Below, in pieces: positions 34,770-45,396 of a stretch of DNA of 64,000 bases. Origin of the DNA: a virus. The position numbers were made by a program, and so were the translations under genes. The stretch lies in the IMG/VR virus record IMGVR_UViG_3300027734_000038; one strand, 5' to 3'. The notes beneath the pieces were generated by a model that worked only from the letters and a program-made list of their open reading frames with translations, was not told where the DNA came from and did no database searches. Position 1 is the stretch's first letter. Every line of letters starts with the position of its first letter.

Positions 34770-35838
34770 TTTTTTAGGTAAAGACGGATTTAATTGGTGG
34801 TATGGTGTCGTTGAGGACAATGCTGATCCTTTAAAGGCTGGTCGTGTGCGTGTTCGTATATTTGGTTATCATAGTGACAACCTACAAGAACTACCCACTA
34901 AAGATTTACCATGGGCTCAGCCATCATTATCACCTAGTAATTCAAAGACATTTAGTCCACCACGATTAGGTGATTATGTCATGGGATTCTTTTCTGATGG
35001 AGAGTCAGCACAGGCACCAGTCATTATGGGCGTGTTTCCTGGTTTTGAAGCATCTTATGATAAATCAAAAGGTTTCTCACCTCAAAGTAATTTAAAACAA
35101 GCAACACCGCCAGCAGGTCAAATACAATATCAAGTGGGTCAACCAACATTGGCACCGTTGGCACGAGGTGTTGTGGCAAATACAGCCATTTCACAAGCCA
35201 ACGACAATTTAGCTCATGTGTGTGATTTTGTGGGTGATATGCAAAAAAATATTAATCTTAAAAAATACACTAAAGCTATAGCTCAACAAATTAGAAAAGC
35301 CATTCGTGCCGTTTTAAGAGCATTAGGTCTAGGAGATGCTACAGGACAAACTTCTTGGTTATTAAATACACTCAAATCAATTAAACGAGAAGTTGATTAT
35401 ATTAATAAACAAATTTTACAACCTATTTTGGATTTTCAGAAGTATGTTGTGGCTTATATTGCAAAATTGAGAGAAATTTTACAATGGATTTTAAGTTTGC
35501 CTGCTAAATTTTTAGCATTGTTACAAGATTGTTTGGCAAGAATAATTAAAGCTATTGGAAATGTTTTTAAAGATATTGGTGCTGGTCTTTCAGATGGTTT
35601 ACAAAGTTCTGGTGACTTTGATGCAATACTTAAAGAGGCTAAATCTTTGGCAACTACTGTCGGAGATACAGTAAAATTAACTGCGGCTGTAGGAGCTGGC
35701 ACAGTTGCAATAGTGGGTTCAGCAACAGCAGGACTTTTAGTACCAACCAGTCAAGCAGAATTGGATGCGGCTAATGCGACCATTGCAGCATATGAAGCTC
35801 CAGCACAACCAAAAATTATACAAGATTCGGCACCTTAA
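34762..35838 (+). CDS. gp5 N-terminal OB-fold protein
   Basis: FNWWYGVVEDNADPLKAGRVRVRIFGYH, LPWA, VMGFFSDG. Confidence 0.85.
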   Translation: MNNFLGKDGFNWWYGVVEDNADPLKAGRVRVRIFGYHSDNLQELPTKDLPWAQPSLSPSNSKTFSPPRLGDYVMGFFSDGESAQAPVIMGVFPGFEASYDKSKGFSPQSNLKQATPPAGQIQYQVGQPTLAPLARGVVANTAISQANDNLAHVCDFVGDMQKNINLKKYTKAIAQQIRKAIRAVLRALGLGDATGQTSWLLNTLKSIKREVDYINKQILQPILDFQKYVVAYIAKLREILQWILSLPAKFLALLQDCLARIIKAIGNVFKDIGAGLSDGLQSSGDFDAILKEAKSLATTVGDTVKLTAAVGAGTVAIVGSATAGLLVPTSQAELDAANATIAAYEAPAQPKIIQDSAP

Positions 35839-35840
35839 TT

Positions 35841-36614
35841 ATGGCAACTATACCACAATCACCATCTGACAATCTTTGGACCGAGCCAGAATCGGCCGCA
35901 ACAGTTGAAAACCCACCAATTTATCCATATAATACTATACAACAAACGGAGTCTGGTCATTCCTTTGAGATGGATGACACTCCAACGAGAGAACGAGTAA
36001 GATTACAACACCGTTCAGGTACTTTTTTAGAAATGCATCCTAATGGTGATGAAGTGCATAAGGTGTATGGTACTGGTTACGAAATACATCTAAAAGGCAA
36101 AAATGTTCTGATTAAAGGTACTTGTAATATTACTGTTGAAGGTCATGCCAATATGGATGTTAAAGGTGATTATAATTTACAGGTGGCAGGTGATTACAAT
36201 GTATTAGTGGGTGGTAAAACCAATCATCGGTCTGTGCGTGATATATCTTTATCGTGTGATGATGACATATCGATTGCGGCCAATGAAAACTTTGGAGGTT
36301 CAGTTCGTATAGCGGCATCTGACCATGTTCTTGTTGATTCTGATTTGGTGGTAGCTGGCTCTGTTGCAGCCGATTTAGTTACGGCTGAAAGTCGTATCAA
36401 TGCTGGTACTGGTGTATATGCAGGTCCTTTAGGAGTTTATTCTTTAGGTCCTATTACATCATTAACTTTGGTGACATCACCTCTTGCACAATTTGGTATT
36501 ATGAATGCCGTATTAATGTCTGATATTATTAATAAAGGTATTTACAATACACATATACACAATTCACCAAAAGGACCGACCAGTCCACCTTTGACACCTT
36601 TTTTTGGAGTTTAG
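35841..36614 (+). CDS. gp5 C-terminal beta-helix spike protein
   Basis: YPYN...TESGHSFEMDDTP..ERVRLQHRSGT, VxG repeats, HIH tip motif. Confidence 0.85.
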   Translation: MATIPQSPSDNLWTEPESAATVENPPIYPYNTIQQTESGHSFEMDDTPTRERVRLQHRSGTFLEMHPNGDEVHKVYGTGYEIHLKGKNVLIKGTCNITVEGHANMDVKGDYNLQVAGDYNVLVGGKTNHRSVRDISLSCDDDISIAANENFGGSVRIAASDHVLVDSDLVVAGSVAADLVTAESRINAGTGVYAGPLGVYSLGPITSLTLVTSPLAQFGIMNAVLMSDIINKGIYNTHIHNSPKGPTSPPLTPFFGV

Positions 36615-36617
36615 ATA

Positions 36618-37424
36618 ATGGCATCAGTTAATAATGCAACAGGAGTATTTGCAACACTAGGTTATAATTTTAGTGACCCAAATAGTGATGTAATAAATCT
36701 CTCTGCAAACACCGTGGCTCATCTTAATTCGATGCCGGCGTTTATTGAAACATGGCAGGCTCAAGACATAGCTAACAACACAGTTGGTGGTTATTATCAA
36801 AATCCTGTGAATTCCAATACCAGTTCAATCATTACAATTTCACAAACCATGATAATTGTGGCAAATACTGGTGCCAGTCAAAACATTGCAAATTGTAATT
36901 TAATTATTACAGCTGCAAATGGTTTGTATAATAACACGAGTTCTTTTTTAGCTCACACCAATAGAATATCAGGAGTTACACCATTTGTAGGACAAGATGT
37001 TGTGAATCCATATTATGATACGGCTATGGGATTAGGTAAAACTGCCTTGTATATTACCAATCAAACTGACAATATAACCAATACTTCACCCATTTTAGGT
37101 AGTTTCACTAGTATATTGATTGGACCACAAATAGGTTCAGCAAATGTTACTTTATCCAACAATCTTGTAACTTTGACGAATGGTGTAACGGCCAACAATT
37201 TAACAGAGGCACAGATATCACAGATTCTATCTGATATATCAAATACTAACACACTTTTGGTAACCAGACAAAATGCTGATGTAACCTATTATACTAATTT
37301 GCGTAGTTTTGTAGACAACTACAATTCCGTCAAAAAATTCAGTAATATGGGTGAAACGGAGACCTATTTGGTCAACAATTTTGTTGGTACTGACAAAATA
37401 AAAGAAAGAATAAATCCTCAATAA
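36618..37424 (+). CDS. hypothetical virion protein
   Basis: Asn/Thr-rich 268-aa ORF between gp5 and gp25. Confidence 0.7.
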   Translation: MASVNNATGVFATLGYNFSDPNSDVINLSANTVAHLNSMPAFIETWQAQDIANNTVGGYYQNPVNSNTSSIITISQTMIIVANTGASQNIANCNLIITAANGLYNNTSSFLAHTNRISGVTPFVGQDVVNPYYDTAMGLGKTALYITNQTDNITNTSPILGSFTSILIGPQIGSANVTLSNNLVTLTNGVTANNLTEAQISQILSDISNTNTLLVTRQNADVTYYTNLRSFVDNYNSVKKFSNMGETETYLVNNFVGTDKIKERINPQ

Positions 37425-37427
37425 AGC

Positions 37428-37503
37428 AAAATTTGATTTTTTGTGTTCCGGCCTCGAATTTTTTTGTCGTCAATTCAAATACTAAAAAAAGCAATTTTAC
37501 TCC
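37428..37503. repeat. 76-bp intergenic dispersed repeat, copy 1
   Basis: about 78% identical by hand alignment to 54713-54787; shared GTTCCGGCCTC and ATTTTACTCC. Confidence 0.8.
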
Positions 37504-37511
37504 TAGAGCAG

Positions 37512-37519
37512 AATAAATA
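37512..37519 (+). promoter_or_regulatory. late promoter-like site
   Basis: AATAAATA just upstream of gp25. Confidence 0.55.
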
Positions 37520-37524
37520 AGAAG

Positions 37525-37920
37525 ATGGCACTAACAATAACAAAAATATACTCCGATATCGATTTCACTTTTACCAAGAAACCGGTAACGGCCGATGTAG
37601 CCCTTAGTTACGATGACCAAGCGGTCATTCGTTCTATCCGTAACCTATTGTTGACGAATCACTTTGAAAGACCTTTTAATCCAGATTTAGGTTCAAATCT
37701 TAATGCCTTACTGTTTGAAATGGTATCACCTCTAACGGCCGCATCGTTGGAAAGAGAAATCAATACGATGATTGACAATTATGAACCAAGAGCCAGAGTA
37801 AATCAAGTGATTGTGACTCCTCTTCCAGACAATAATGCTTATAATGTCTATCTCAGTTTCTATATTGAGAATGCCACATTACCGACAACAGTAACCCTAC
37901 TTTTAGAGAGAAATAGATAA
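37525..37920 (+). CDS. gp25: baseplate wedge subunit gp25
   Basis: YSDIDFTF, SIRNLLLT..FERPFNPDLGS, YEPRA. Confidence 0.92.
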   Translation: MALTITKIYSDIDFTFTKKPVTADVALSYDDQAVIRSIRNLLLTNHFERPFNPDLGSNLNALLFEMVSPLTAASLEREINTMIDNYEPRARVNQVIVTPLPDNNAYNVYLSFYIENATLPTTVTLLLERNR

Positions 37921-37921
37921 A

Positions 37922-39997
37922 ATGGCAGGTGCTAATTCCAACATCCAAATGACCGATTTGGATTTCAATACAATTAAGAATAATCTAAAGACATACTTAC
38001 AATCGCAAGATGTATTAAAAGATTATAACTATGAAGGTTCTGCACTTTCTACTTTATTAGATATTCTTGCTTATAATACACAATATAGTGCATATTATTT
38101 GAATCAAGTGGGTAATGAGATGTTTTTGGACACAGCCATCCAAAGAGGATCAGTCATTTCTCATGCCAAACTATTAAACTATACACCACGGTCAGCCATT
38201 GCACCTACAGCCATAATTGATTTACAAGTAAACCAGGTAACTGGATCTTCATTGACATTACCAAAGTTTACTCAGTTTATGTCAGAAGCCATTGAAGGTG
38301 TAAATTATAACTTTGTTACTGCTGATTCATACACAGAAAATACTTCTGGTGGTGTGGTCAATTTTAATAATATTACTTTGAAACAAGGTTTGGCAACAAC
38401 ATTAAACTTTACTGTTGATTCTATCAATAACCCATCGTATACATTTGAAATACCTGATGAGAGTGTAGATACATCAACAATTACTGTTACAGTTCAACAA
38501 TCATCTTCAAATGCTGCCTCTGAAGTATATATTTTGGCCACTAATTTCTTGGCACTCACAGGCGATTCTAAAGTATACTTTTTACAAGAGAGTTTAACAA
38601 ACACCTATCAAATCTATTTTGGTGATGGTATTATTGGTAATAAATTAGTTGATGGTAATATTGTAGTCGTATCGTATGTAGTAACATCAGGCACTTCTGC
38701 GGCTGATGCCAATAATTTTGTATTGATGGATTCAATTTCAGGTTATTCAAATACATCTGTTTTCCCTGTAACAGCAGCAACAGCAGGTAACGATAGAGAA
38801 ACAATTGAATCTATTAAATTTCAGGCACCTAAATCTTATGCAGCACAAAACCGTGCCGTCACTAAAAACGATTATATTACCGCCATTCAACAGAATAGTT
38901 TAGGTATCTCATTTGATGCGGTAAGTGTATGGGGTGGTGAAGAAAATTCTCCTCCTGTATATGGTCAAGTGTTTATTTCTTTAAAGCCAACAGGTGCTTT
39001 TAGTTTAACTCAATCACAGAAACAACAAATTACATCACAAGTTTTAATTCCTATTTCTGTAGTAACAGTTACACCTACAATTGTTGATCCTGATTATACA
39101 TACATTCTTTTAACAGTTAATGTAATATATGATCCAAACAAAACAAATCAAACATCAACACAATTACAGTCAGGTATTAAATCAGCAATACAAGCATTTA
39201 CAAATAATACATTAAATACTTTTAATTCTACATTCAATACTTACGATTTACTGAATACAATTCAAACATACAGTACCTCTGTAATTACTAGTGAATACTC
39301 CATGAAACTGGAGAAAAAGTTTTTACCTAATTTAACTACACCAACAACATATAATCTTTATTATAATACTCCACTTCAAGCAGGTCGTTTCTTGAGTGGT
39401 GTGGGTAGTTCACCTGGAATGAGTTTTAGAGATCCATCCAATTTGGCCAACACCATTGACGGTGTTTACATTGAAGAAGTACCAACATCAACCAATGGAG
39501 TTGAATCGATTTCGATTTTAAATCCTGGTTTTTCTTATCAAAGCGCACCAACAGTTACTATCATGGGTGATGGTACAGGTGCAACAGCAACAGCTGAAAT
39601 ATCTGGTGGTTCTATACAAAGTGTTAAAATTACCAATGCAGGCAATGGATATACCAGTGCAATTGCAATGGTGACACCGGCTGCCGGTGATACAACAGGT
39701 CAATTAGCATCTCTTGTTGTTAATTTGCAAGGCCGTTATGGCACACTTAGAACATATTATTTTGATAGTTCTGGTGTTAAAACTATTTTCAATTCAAATA
39801 TTGGTACAATTGATTATCAAGAAGGTATCATTACATTAAACTCATTTAATCCCCTTACAATCGATAATGATTTTGGTCAACTATCTGTAATGGCCACACC
39901 AACTACAACAATTGTTTCTTCTTCATACAATCGAATTATTACTGTTGATCCTTTTGATCCAACAGCAATAACCGTTAACGTTACCGCCAAATCATGA
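37922..39997 (+). CDS. gp6: baseplate wedge subunit gp6
   Basis: LDFNTIKNNLK, DYNYEGS, LAYNT, FGDGIIG, QNRAVTKNDY, WGGEEN. Confidence 0.92.
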   Translation: MAGANSNIQMTDLDFNTIKNNLKTYLQSQDVLKDYNYEGSALSTLLDILAYNTQYSAYYLNQVGNEMFLDTAIQRGSVISHAKLLNYTPRSAIAPTAIIDLQVNQVTGSSLTLPKFTQFMSEAIEGVNYNFVTADSYTENTSGGVVNFNNITLKQGLATTLNFTVDSINNPSYTFEIPDESVDTSTITVTVQQSSSNAASEVYILATNFLALTGDSKVYFLQESLTNTYQIYFGDGIIGNKLVDGNIVVVSYVVTSGTSAADANNFVLMDSISGYSNTSVFPVTAATAGNDRETIESIKFQAPKSYAAQNRAVTKNDYITAIQQNSLGISFDAVSVWGGEENSPPVYGQVFISLKPTGAFSLTQSQKQQITSQVLIPISVVTVTPTIVDPDYTYILLTVNVIYDPNKTNQTSTQLQSGIKSAIQAFTNNTLNTFNSTFNTYDLLNTIQTYSTSVITSEYSMKLEKKFLPNLTTPTTYNLYYNTPLQAGRFLSGVGSSPGMSFRDPSNLANTIDGVYIEEVPTSTNGVESISILNPGFSYQSAPTVTIMGDGTGATATAEISGGSIQSVKITNAGNGYTSAIAMVTPAAGDTTGQLASLVVNLQGRYGTLRTYYFDSSGVKTIFNSNIGTIDYQEGIITLNSFNPLTIDNDFGQLSVMATPTTTIVSSSYNRIITVDPFDPTAITVNVTAKS

Positions 39998-42804
39998 CTA
40001 TTGCTAGCGGCCAAAAAACATCACTATTAATACCATCACAGCTTCCCGAATTTGTTCGGGATGACCCGGCGTATGCTAATTTTGTATTATTTCTACAGGC
40101 ATACTATGAATGGTTGGAACAAAATAATAATGTAGAAGATAGAACAAAGAACATTTTAAATTATACCGATATTGACCAAACATCGGCTGAATTTTTAGAT
40201 TATTTTTATGAAGATTTTCTATCTTATTTTCCTGATGAAATTCTAGCAGACAAACAAAAGGTTGCTAAGATTGCAAGAGACCTTTATCAGTCAAAAGGTA
40301 CACAGGCGGCATATCGTTTTCTTTTCAGAACATTATACAATACTGATGTGGAATTCTTTTATACCAAAGATGCCGTTCTTCGTGCATCATCAGGTAAATG
40401 GTACATTGCAAAAAGTTTAAAATTAGATTCAGATAATGTAAACTTCTTAGATTGTGTCAATTATCGAATCTTTGGTGAAACATCTAAGTCTATTGCAACA
40501 ATTGAAAATGCAATTATTTCTGGTAACAAAATAGAATTATTCATTTCTGATATTCAACGACTGTTTCAGTCTGGTGAATTTGTTCGTGTAGTTGATGTTA
40601 ATAATCAAGATATCTTATTTGATGGTCAACCACTCATCGCAAAAATTGTAGGTCAGATTAGTCAAATTCGTATTAACCCAAATTATCGTGGGTTATTATA
40701 CCAACCAGGTGATCCAGTTATTGTATATGGAGGATTGAATTCGGCTAATGGTGAAGGTGCTACGGCTACTGTAGGTGAAACTACTTCTGGATCAATTCAG
40801 CGTATTAAATTAGAAACTGGAGGTTATGGTTATCGTAGTAATCCAAACACCATTATTACAATATCAAATGCTCCTGGTGCCGTTGCAGTTGTTGGAAGTT
40901 TAAGTCCCTCAGCAAATAGTATTGCTAATGTTACTTTTGTACCAACAGATGTTATTTCTTTAAAACGATTAACACAGATAGGTGCAGCAGATTATGCTTT
41001 CTCTAATGTGGCTTTGGCTAATGCGAACACCACATTGGCCAATGCATTTACATATACTGGATTTTCTGCATTTCCTATTTCTTCTGTTTTAGTAGAAAAC
41101 TCTGGTGGAGGAATTTCTTCTATACCATCAATTGATGCTACCTCACAATACACAACCGATGTGTCGGGTAGTTTAGCTAACTTGAAAAATTTAGGTATTT
41201 TGGCACCAATACAAATTATTTCTGCTGGTCGAGGTTATCAAAACAATGATATTATTCTATTTACTGGTGGCTCTGGGCTAGGCGCCAATGCCAAAGTAAG
41301 TTCTGTAGGAAGTAATGGACAAATATTATCCATTCAATACACATACCCATCACAAAGATTAACATATCCATTAGGTGGATTAGGTTATCGTGGTGATGCT
41401 TTGCCATCTGTAACTGTATCATCTGCCAACGTTGCAGCTGCAAATGCTGTATTGGTAGTTCCTGGAATATTAGGTGATGGAGCAACTTTCTCATCAATTG
41501 TGGATCGTGTTGGTTCAATTACATCAATTAATATTTTAAATGCTGGTGAAGATTATGTAGCTACACCAAATGTTTCACTTAAAATTCAAGACATTGTTGT
41601 AGCCAATTTAACAATTAATACTGTGCCTGTTGCTGGTGATATTGTATATCAAGGTGTAACATTAGCTAACTCAACTTATCAGGCCACAGTAGATTCAACT
41701 TCATTATTAACACCTTTTGGCAATCCATTACAATCACTATACCGTTTAAGAGTATATGGTTATACAGCATCTCCTAATCCAAGTCAAGTTATTCGTATTG
41801 CAAATAGTTCAACCATAATGTCTATGACTGGTGCCTATTCAACCATCAATACTGCAACACGATTTGATTCTACAGGTTTAATTACATATGGTGATGGTAC
41901 TGGTCGTGCAGATGCTTCATTCTTAAATGGTCTGGTAATTAGCCAAGGACAATACCTTGATACAACTGGTCAACCAAGTTCATTTGATGTTCTACAAAGT
42001 GAAATCTATAACAATTTTACATATCAAATTACATTAGAAAAAGAAATTGCAAAGTATAGAGATACATTGCTGAACTTACTACATCCAACTGGTATGAAGG
42101 TCATTGGTCGGTATGCAATGAAATCTAATGATGCAATTGATTTGACTACCGTTTCAGCATTAGACACAGGTTTCCCATTAGGTTATTATACTGGAGATCC
42201 TGGTTCTTATGTGACCATGAGTTCAACATGGACGAATTACAGTAATAATATTGTTAACTTTAAATCACTTGTTGGTGCCAACTTACAAAATATTGTATTA
42301 CCAAATAGTAGTTTGGCCATTACATTGACCAATGGATTCCAAATATTCTCTGAAGTGGCTGAGATTTATGGTAACGGAGCCAACAATGTTGTTCTCAAAG
42401 ATAATGTTTGGTTGACCTATGCAAATGTTGCCTATGTGACAGCAAATGCTGGTAGTAACGTCATAAATATAACATCATTGACAGGTTCTTATAACATTGT
42501 TAACGGTGGCGCTTACAGTAATACACAGTATCCACTTAAAGATATCGTGTTTGCTGGTGATAAAGTGCTGGTAGCCAACAATACTGAAAAAACGGTACAA
42601 AGTGTTAACTGGACTGGTGGTACAGTTACTTTGACCAGTAATTTGGCCAACACAGTTAATTCATTGATGTCGGTACAGAGAACAGTTAATACAACAGATG
42701 TCATTATATACGGACCTGTTGGCCAACAATATTCACCTGAGTTAATTACACAGGATGGAGATACAATTGCAACACAAGATAACAACGTCATTACACTAGG
42801 GTAA
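39994..42804 (+). CDS. baseplate wedge protein (gp7-like)
   Basis: QLPEFVRDD, FLQAYYEWLE, SKGT, LLHPTGMK; follows gp6. Confidence 0.7.
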   Translation: MTIASGQKTSLLIPSQLPEFVRDDPAYANFVLFLQAYYEWLEQNNNVEDRTKNILNYTDIDQTSAEFLDYFYEDFLSYFPDEILADKQKVAKIARDLYQSKGTQAAYRFLFRTLYNTDVEFFYTKDAVLRASSGKWYIAKSLKLDSDNVNFLDCVNYRIFGETSKSIATIENAIISGNKIELFISDIQRLFQSGEFVRVVDVNNQDILFDGQPLIAKIVGQISQIRINPNYRGLLYQPGDPVIVYGGLNSANGEGATATVGETTSGSIQRIKLETGGYGYRSNPNTIITISNAPGAVAVVGSLSPSANSIANVTFVPTDVISLKRLTQIGAADYAFSNVALANANTTLANAFTYTGFSAFPISSVLVENSGGGISSIPSIDATSQYTTDVSGSLANLKNLGILAPIQIISAGRGYQNNDIILFTGGSGLGANAKVSSVGSNGQILSIQYTYPSQRLTYPLGGLGYRGDALPSVTVSSANVAAANAVLVVPGILGDGATFSSIVDRVGSITSINILNAGEDYVATPNVSLKIQDIVVANLTINTVPVAGDIVYQGVTLANSTYQATVDSTSLLTPFGNPLQSLYRLRVYGYTASPNPSQVIRIANSSTIMSMTGAYSTINTATRFDSTGLITYGDGTGRADASFLNGLVISQGQYLDTTGQPSSFDVLQSEIYNNFTYQITLEKEIAKYRDTLLNLLHPTGMKVIGRYAMKSNDAIDLTTVSALDTGFPLGYYTGDPGSYVTMSSTWTNYSNNIVNFKSLVGANLQNIVLPNSSLAITLTNGFQIFSEVAEIYGNGANNVVLKDNVWLTYANVAYVTANAGSNVINITSLTGSYNIVNGGAYSNTQYPLKDIVFAGDKVLVANNTEKTVQSVNWTGGTVTLTSNLANTVNSLMSVQRTVNTTDVIIYGPVGQQYSPELITQDGDTIATQDNNVITLG

Positions 42805-42807
42805 CAA

Positions 42808-45384
42808 ATGTCCACAGTAAAAATTACAGACCTGCCAGTCATATCAAGTTTAGATGCCAATACAGGCAACACCATTCTTGTTGGTGTAGATTTATCATCT
42901 GATGTCACAGGAAGAATTTCTGCTACCGTTCTTGCAGACGGCCTGTATGAAAACAAATCTCTTAAAGTTGGTCTACCTGATATTATATTTCCAAATGTGA
43001 TTGCACAATTTGCTGGTTCAGGTAATCCATATCTACAAGTTAATGCACAGAATACTGATAAAAACAGTTCAATAGATTATGTAGCAACTGCTGATATTGG
43101 CACAACTGCCAATAACTTTATTGATATGGGTATGAATAATTCATTATATAATGATCCAAATTTTTCTGCACAAAAAGCCTTAGATGGTTATTTGTATGTT
43201 CACGGTTCAGTCGATTCATCTTCTGATGGTAATTTAATTATTGGTACCGTATCATCTGGTGCCAATGTGGTCTTTGCTGTAGGCGGTCAAAAGTCTGCCA
43301 ATGTTGTGGCTACTATTTCTCGTTATGGTCTTTCAATGAATGGTGCAAGTTACATTAAATTTGCTGATGGTTCTATTCAGTCTGTTGCAGCTGCACCAGC
43401 AAGTTTATCTCAAGGTGCATATAATACCGCCAACTCAGCATCATCTAATACAGTTCTTATTCAAGGTGTCAATGCTACACAGAATACGAACATTACAACA
43501 GCCAACAATCATGCATGGGCAGCATTTACTAAAGCCAATAATGCTTTGGCTAACACATCAGGTACTTTTGCTGGTGATTTAACCATAACTGGCAATTTAA
43601 TAATTAGTAATACTGCAACAATCAACGGAACATTAACTCCGACTCTTAGTGCAAATGGAAATGTATCAGCATACGCATCAAAACATCTTGTAGAATACAA
43701 TCCAACCACAAAAGCACTTACTTACTCTAGCACACCTGATGCATCTAGTCCTTACATAACAGGATATAGTCAAGAAATCCATGTGAGTCCCGTGGCATTT
43801 AATGATAGTGGTAAAGGTACAATTGGTGATCCAGTAAAAACAATTGCTCGAGCAATACAACTAATAGCTCCTGCTTTTGAAACAACATCTGTTAATCAAA
43901 GAAAAACAATTGTTTTACATCCAGGCGATTATGCAGAAAATGTAACAATTAATACTCAGTATACCGTTTTAACCACACATGAGTTAATAGGTAAAAACAC
44001 AACTCTTTCTGGTACTTTAACTCTTACAACAGGTTGTACCGTTGATGGTCTAAAGATGAGCAATCTTGTTATTTCAGGAACTTCTGCAAATGGTTCGGTT
44101 GATATTATTGGTTGCACAGTAACGACTGCGGCAACAAAAACATCATCTGCATATACAAATTTTAGAGGATGTGATTTATCTTCATCTACATTAAGTATTA
44201 CTGGTACTGGTACAGTTGTAATGGTTGGTGGTAATTATTTTAGCGTTACTGTAAATAATGCCGCTGCATCAGTTTTGGCCAAAGCAGTTGTTAGTATGGG
44301 ACCAGTGACGCTGACGGCAGGAACAATGCAGATTTCTGACACGCTGATTTATGCTGCCACTAATATAGCTAATGCCATAACACAAAGTGCTGGATCGGTA
44401 TTAACATTAAATAATAGTCAGACACTAATACCAGACCTTTCAAATGTATCAAGAAACAGTTTTGGTGGATTTTATTCCATACTACATTCTGTTTATGATA
44501 AACCAAACTCTACTTTTGGTGGTACATCACTAAACGCAATTGATTATAGTCAGTATATCAATGCTGATAATTTAAATGTTCAAGGCAACGCAACAGTCAA
44601 TGGCACCGTTGTTCTAGCCAATTCAAACTTCTTAGCAACAGAAGCTGCCTTTAGAATCACCGCATCAGGAAGTTCACAAACTCCAACACAAGCCGGCACA
44701 CTAATGCAATTGACTGGCAAAGCAAACACGCCAGCCAGGATATTGATTGATTCCATTGGTATATCAAATACGGCATATTCTCTTATTGCTGGTAGAACTG
44801 CCAGAGGCACAGTAGGTGCACCAACAGCGACACAGAACAATGATATTCTGTTGCGTATTGCTGGTAACTCATATGGCGATACAGGATATGCACCATTTGG
44901 TGATGCAAGAATCGATTTTGTTGCTACTGAAAATCATTCAGACACAAATCGTGGGTCCAGAATAAGATTTTGGAACACACCAACGGGTTCAAATGTTGTT
45001 AATGAAATTGCTTCATTCAATGGTGATTCTGTAACTTTCACCGGTACTGTGGCACCAGTAAAAGGATTCATTTATACACCAAACATATATCCAAGTGCTC
45101 AAACGGCAGTTACTATAAGCTTTGCAAACGACTCAGTTGTTCGTGCTCAGACTTCAGCAGGCTTGGCTGTAACACTTTCAAATTTTGTTGTAGGTAAATC
45201 AGTTGAAGCTTGGATTACTAATACTGCTGGTGGTGGTCAAACATTTACTCATGGATGTTCTGCAACTAATTCAACAGTTAATTCAACTACATATAGTATT
45301 CCGGCAACATCAACTATTTTTGTAAAATACTGGTGTATGGATGGAACATTAGCAAATACTTTTGTAGCTATTACACACGCTTAA
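42808..45384 (+). CDS. tail fibre/spike-like protein with internal beta-helix module
   Basis: MSTVKITDLP N-terminus; HVSP...GTIGDPVKTIARAI...VLHPGDYAENV. Confidence 0.6.
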   Translation: MSTVKITDLPVISSLDANTGNTILVGVDLSSDVTGRISATVLADGLYENKSLKVGLPDIIFPNVIAQFAGSGNPYLQVNAQNTDKNSSIDYVATADIGTTANNFIDMGMNNSLYNDPNFSAQKALDGYLYVHGSVDSSSDGNLIIGTVSSGANVVFAVGGQKSANVVATISRYGLSMNGASYIKFADGSIQSVAAAPASLSQGAYNTANSASSNTVLIQGVNATQNTNITTANNHAWAAFTKANNALANTSGTFAGDLTITGNLIISNTATINGTLTPTLSANGNVSAYASKHLVEYNPTTKALTYSSTPDASSPYITGYSQEIHVSPVAFNDSGKGTIGDPVKTIARAIQLIAPAFETTSVNQRKTIVLHPGDYAENVTINTQYTVLTTHELIGKNTTLSGTLTLTTGCTVDGLKMSNLVISGTSANGSVDIIGCTVTTAATKTSSAYTNFRGCDLSSSTLSITGTGTVVMVGGNYFSVTVNNAAASVLAKAVVSMGPVTLTAGTMQISDTLIYAATNIANAITQSAGSVLTLNNSQTLIPDLSNVSRNSFGGFYSILHSVYDKPNSTFGGTSLNAIDYSQYINADNLNVQGNATVNGTVVLANSNFLATEAAFRITASGSSQTPTQAGTLMQLTGKANTPARILIDSIGISNTAYSLIAGRTARGTVGAPTATQNNDILLRIAGNSYGDTGYAPFGDARIDFVATENHSDTNRGSRIRFWNTPTGSNVVNEIASFNGDSVTFTGTVAPVKGFIYTPNIYPSAQTAVTISFANDSVVRAQTSAGLAVTLSNFVVGKSVEAWITNTAGGGQTFTHGCSATNSTVNSTTYSIPATSTIFVKYWCMDGTLANTFVAITHA

Positions 45385-45390
45385 TAAATA
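45383..45390 (+). promoter_or_regulatory. late promoter-like site
   Basis: AATAAATA upstream of gp8. Confidence 0.55.
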
Positions 45391-45396
45391 CATACT

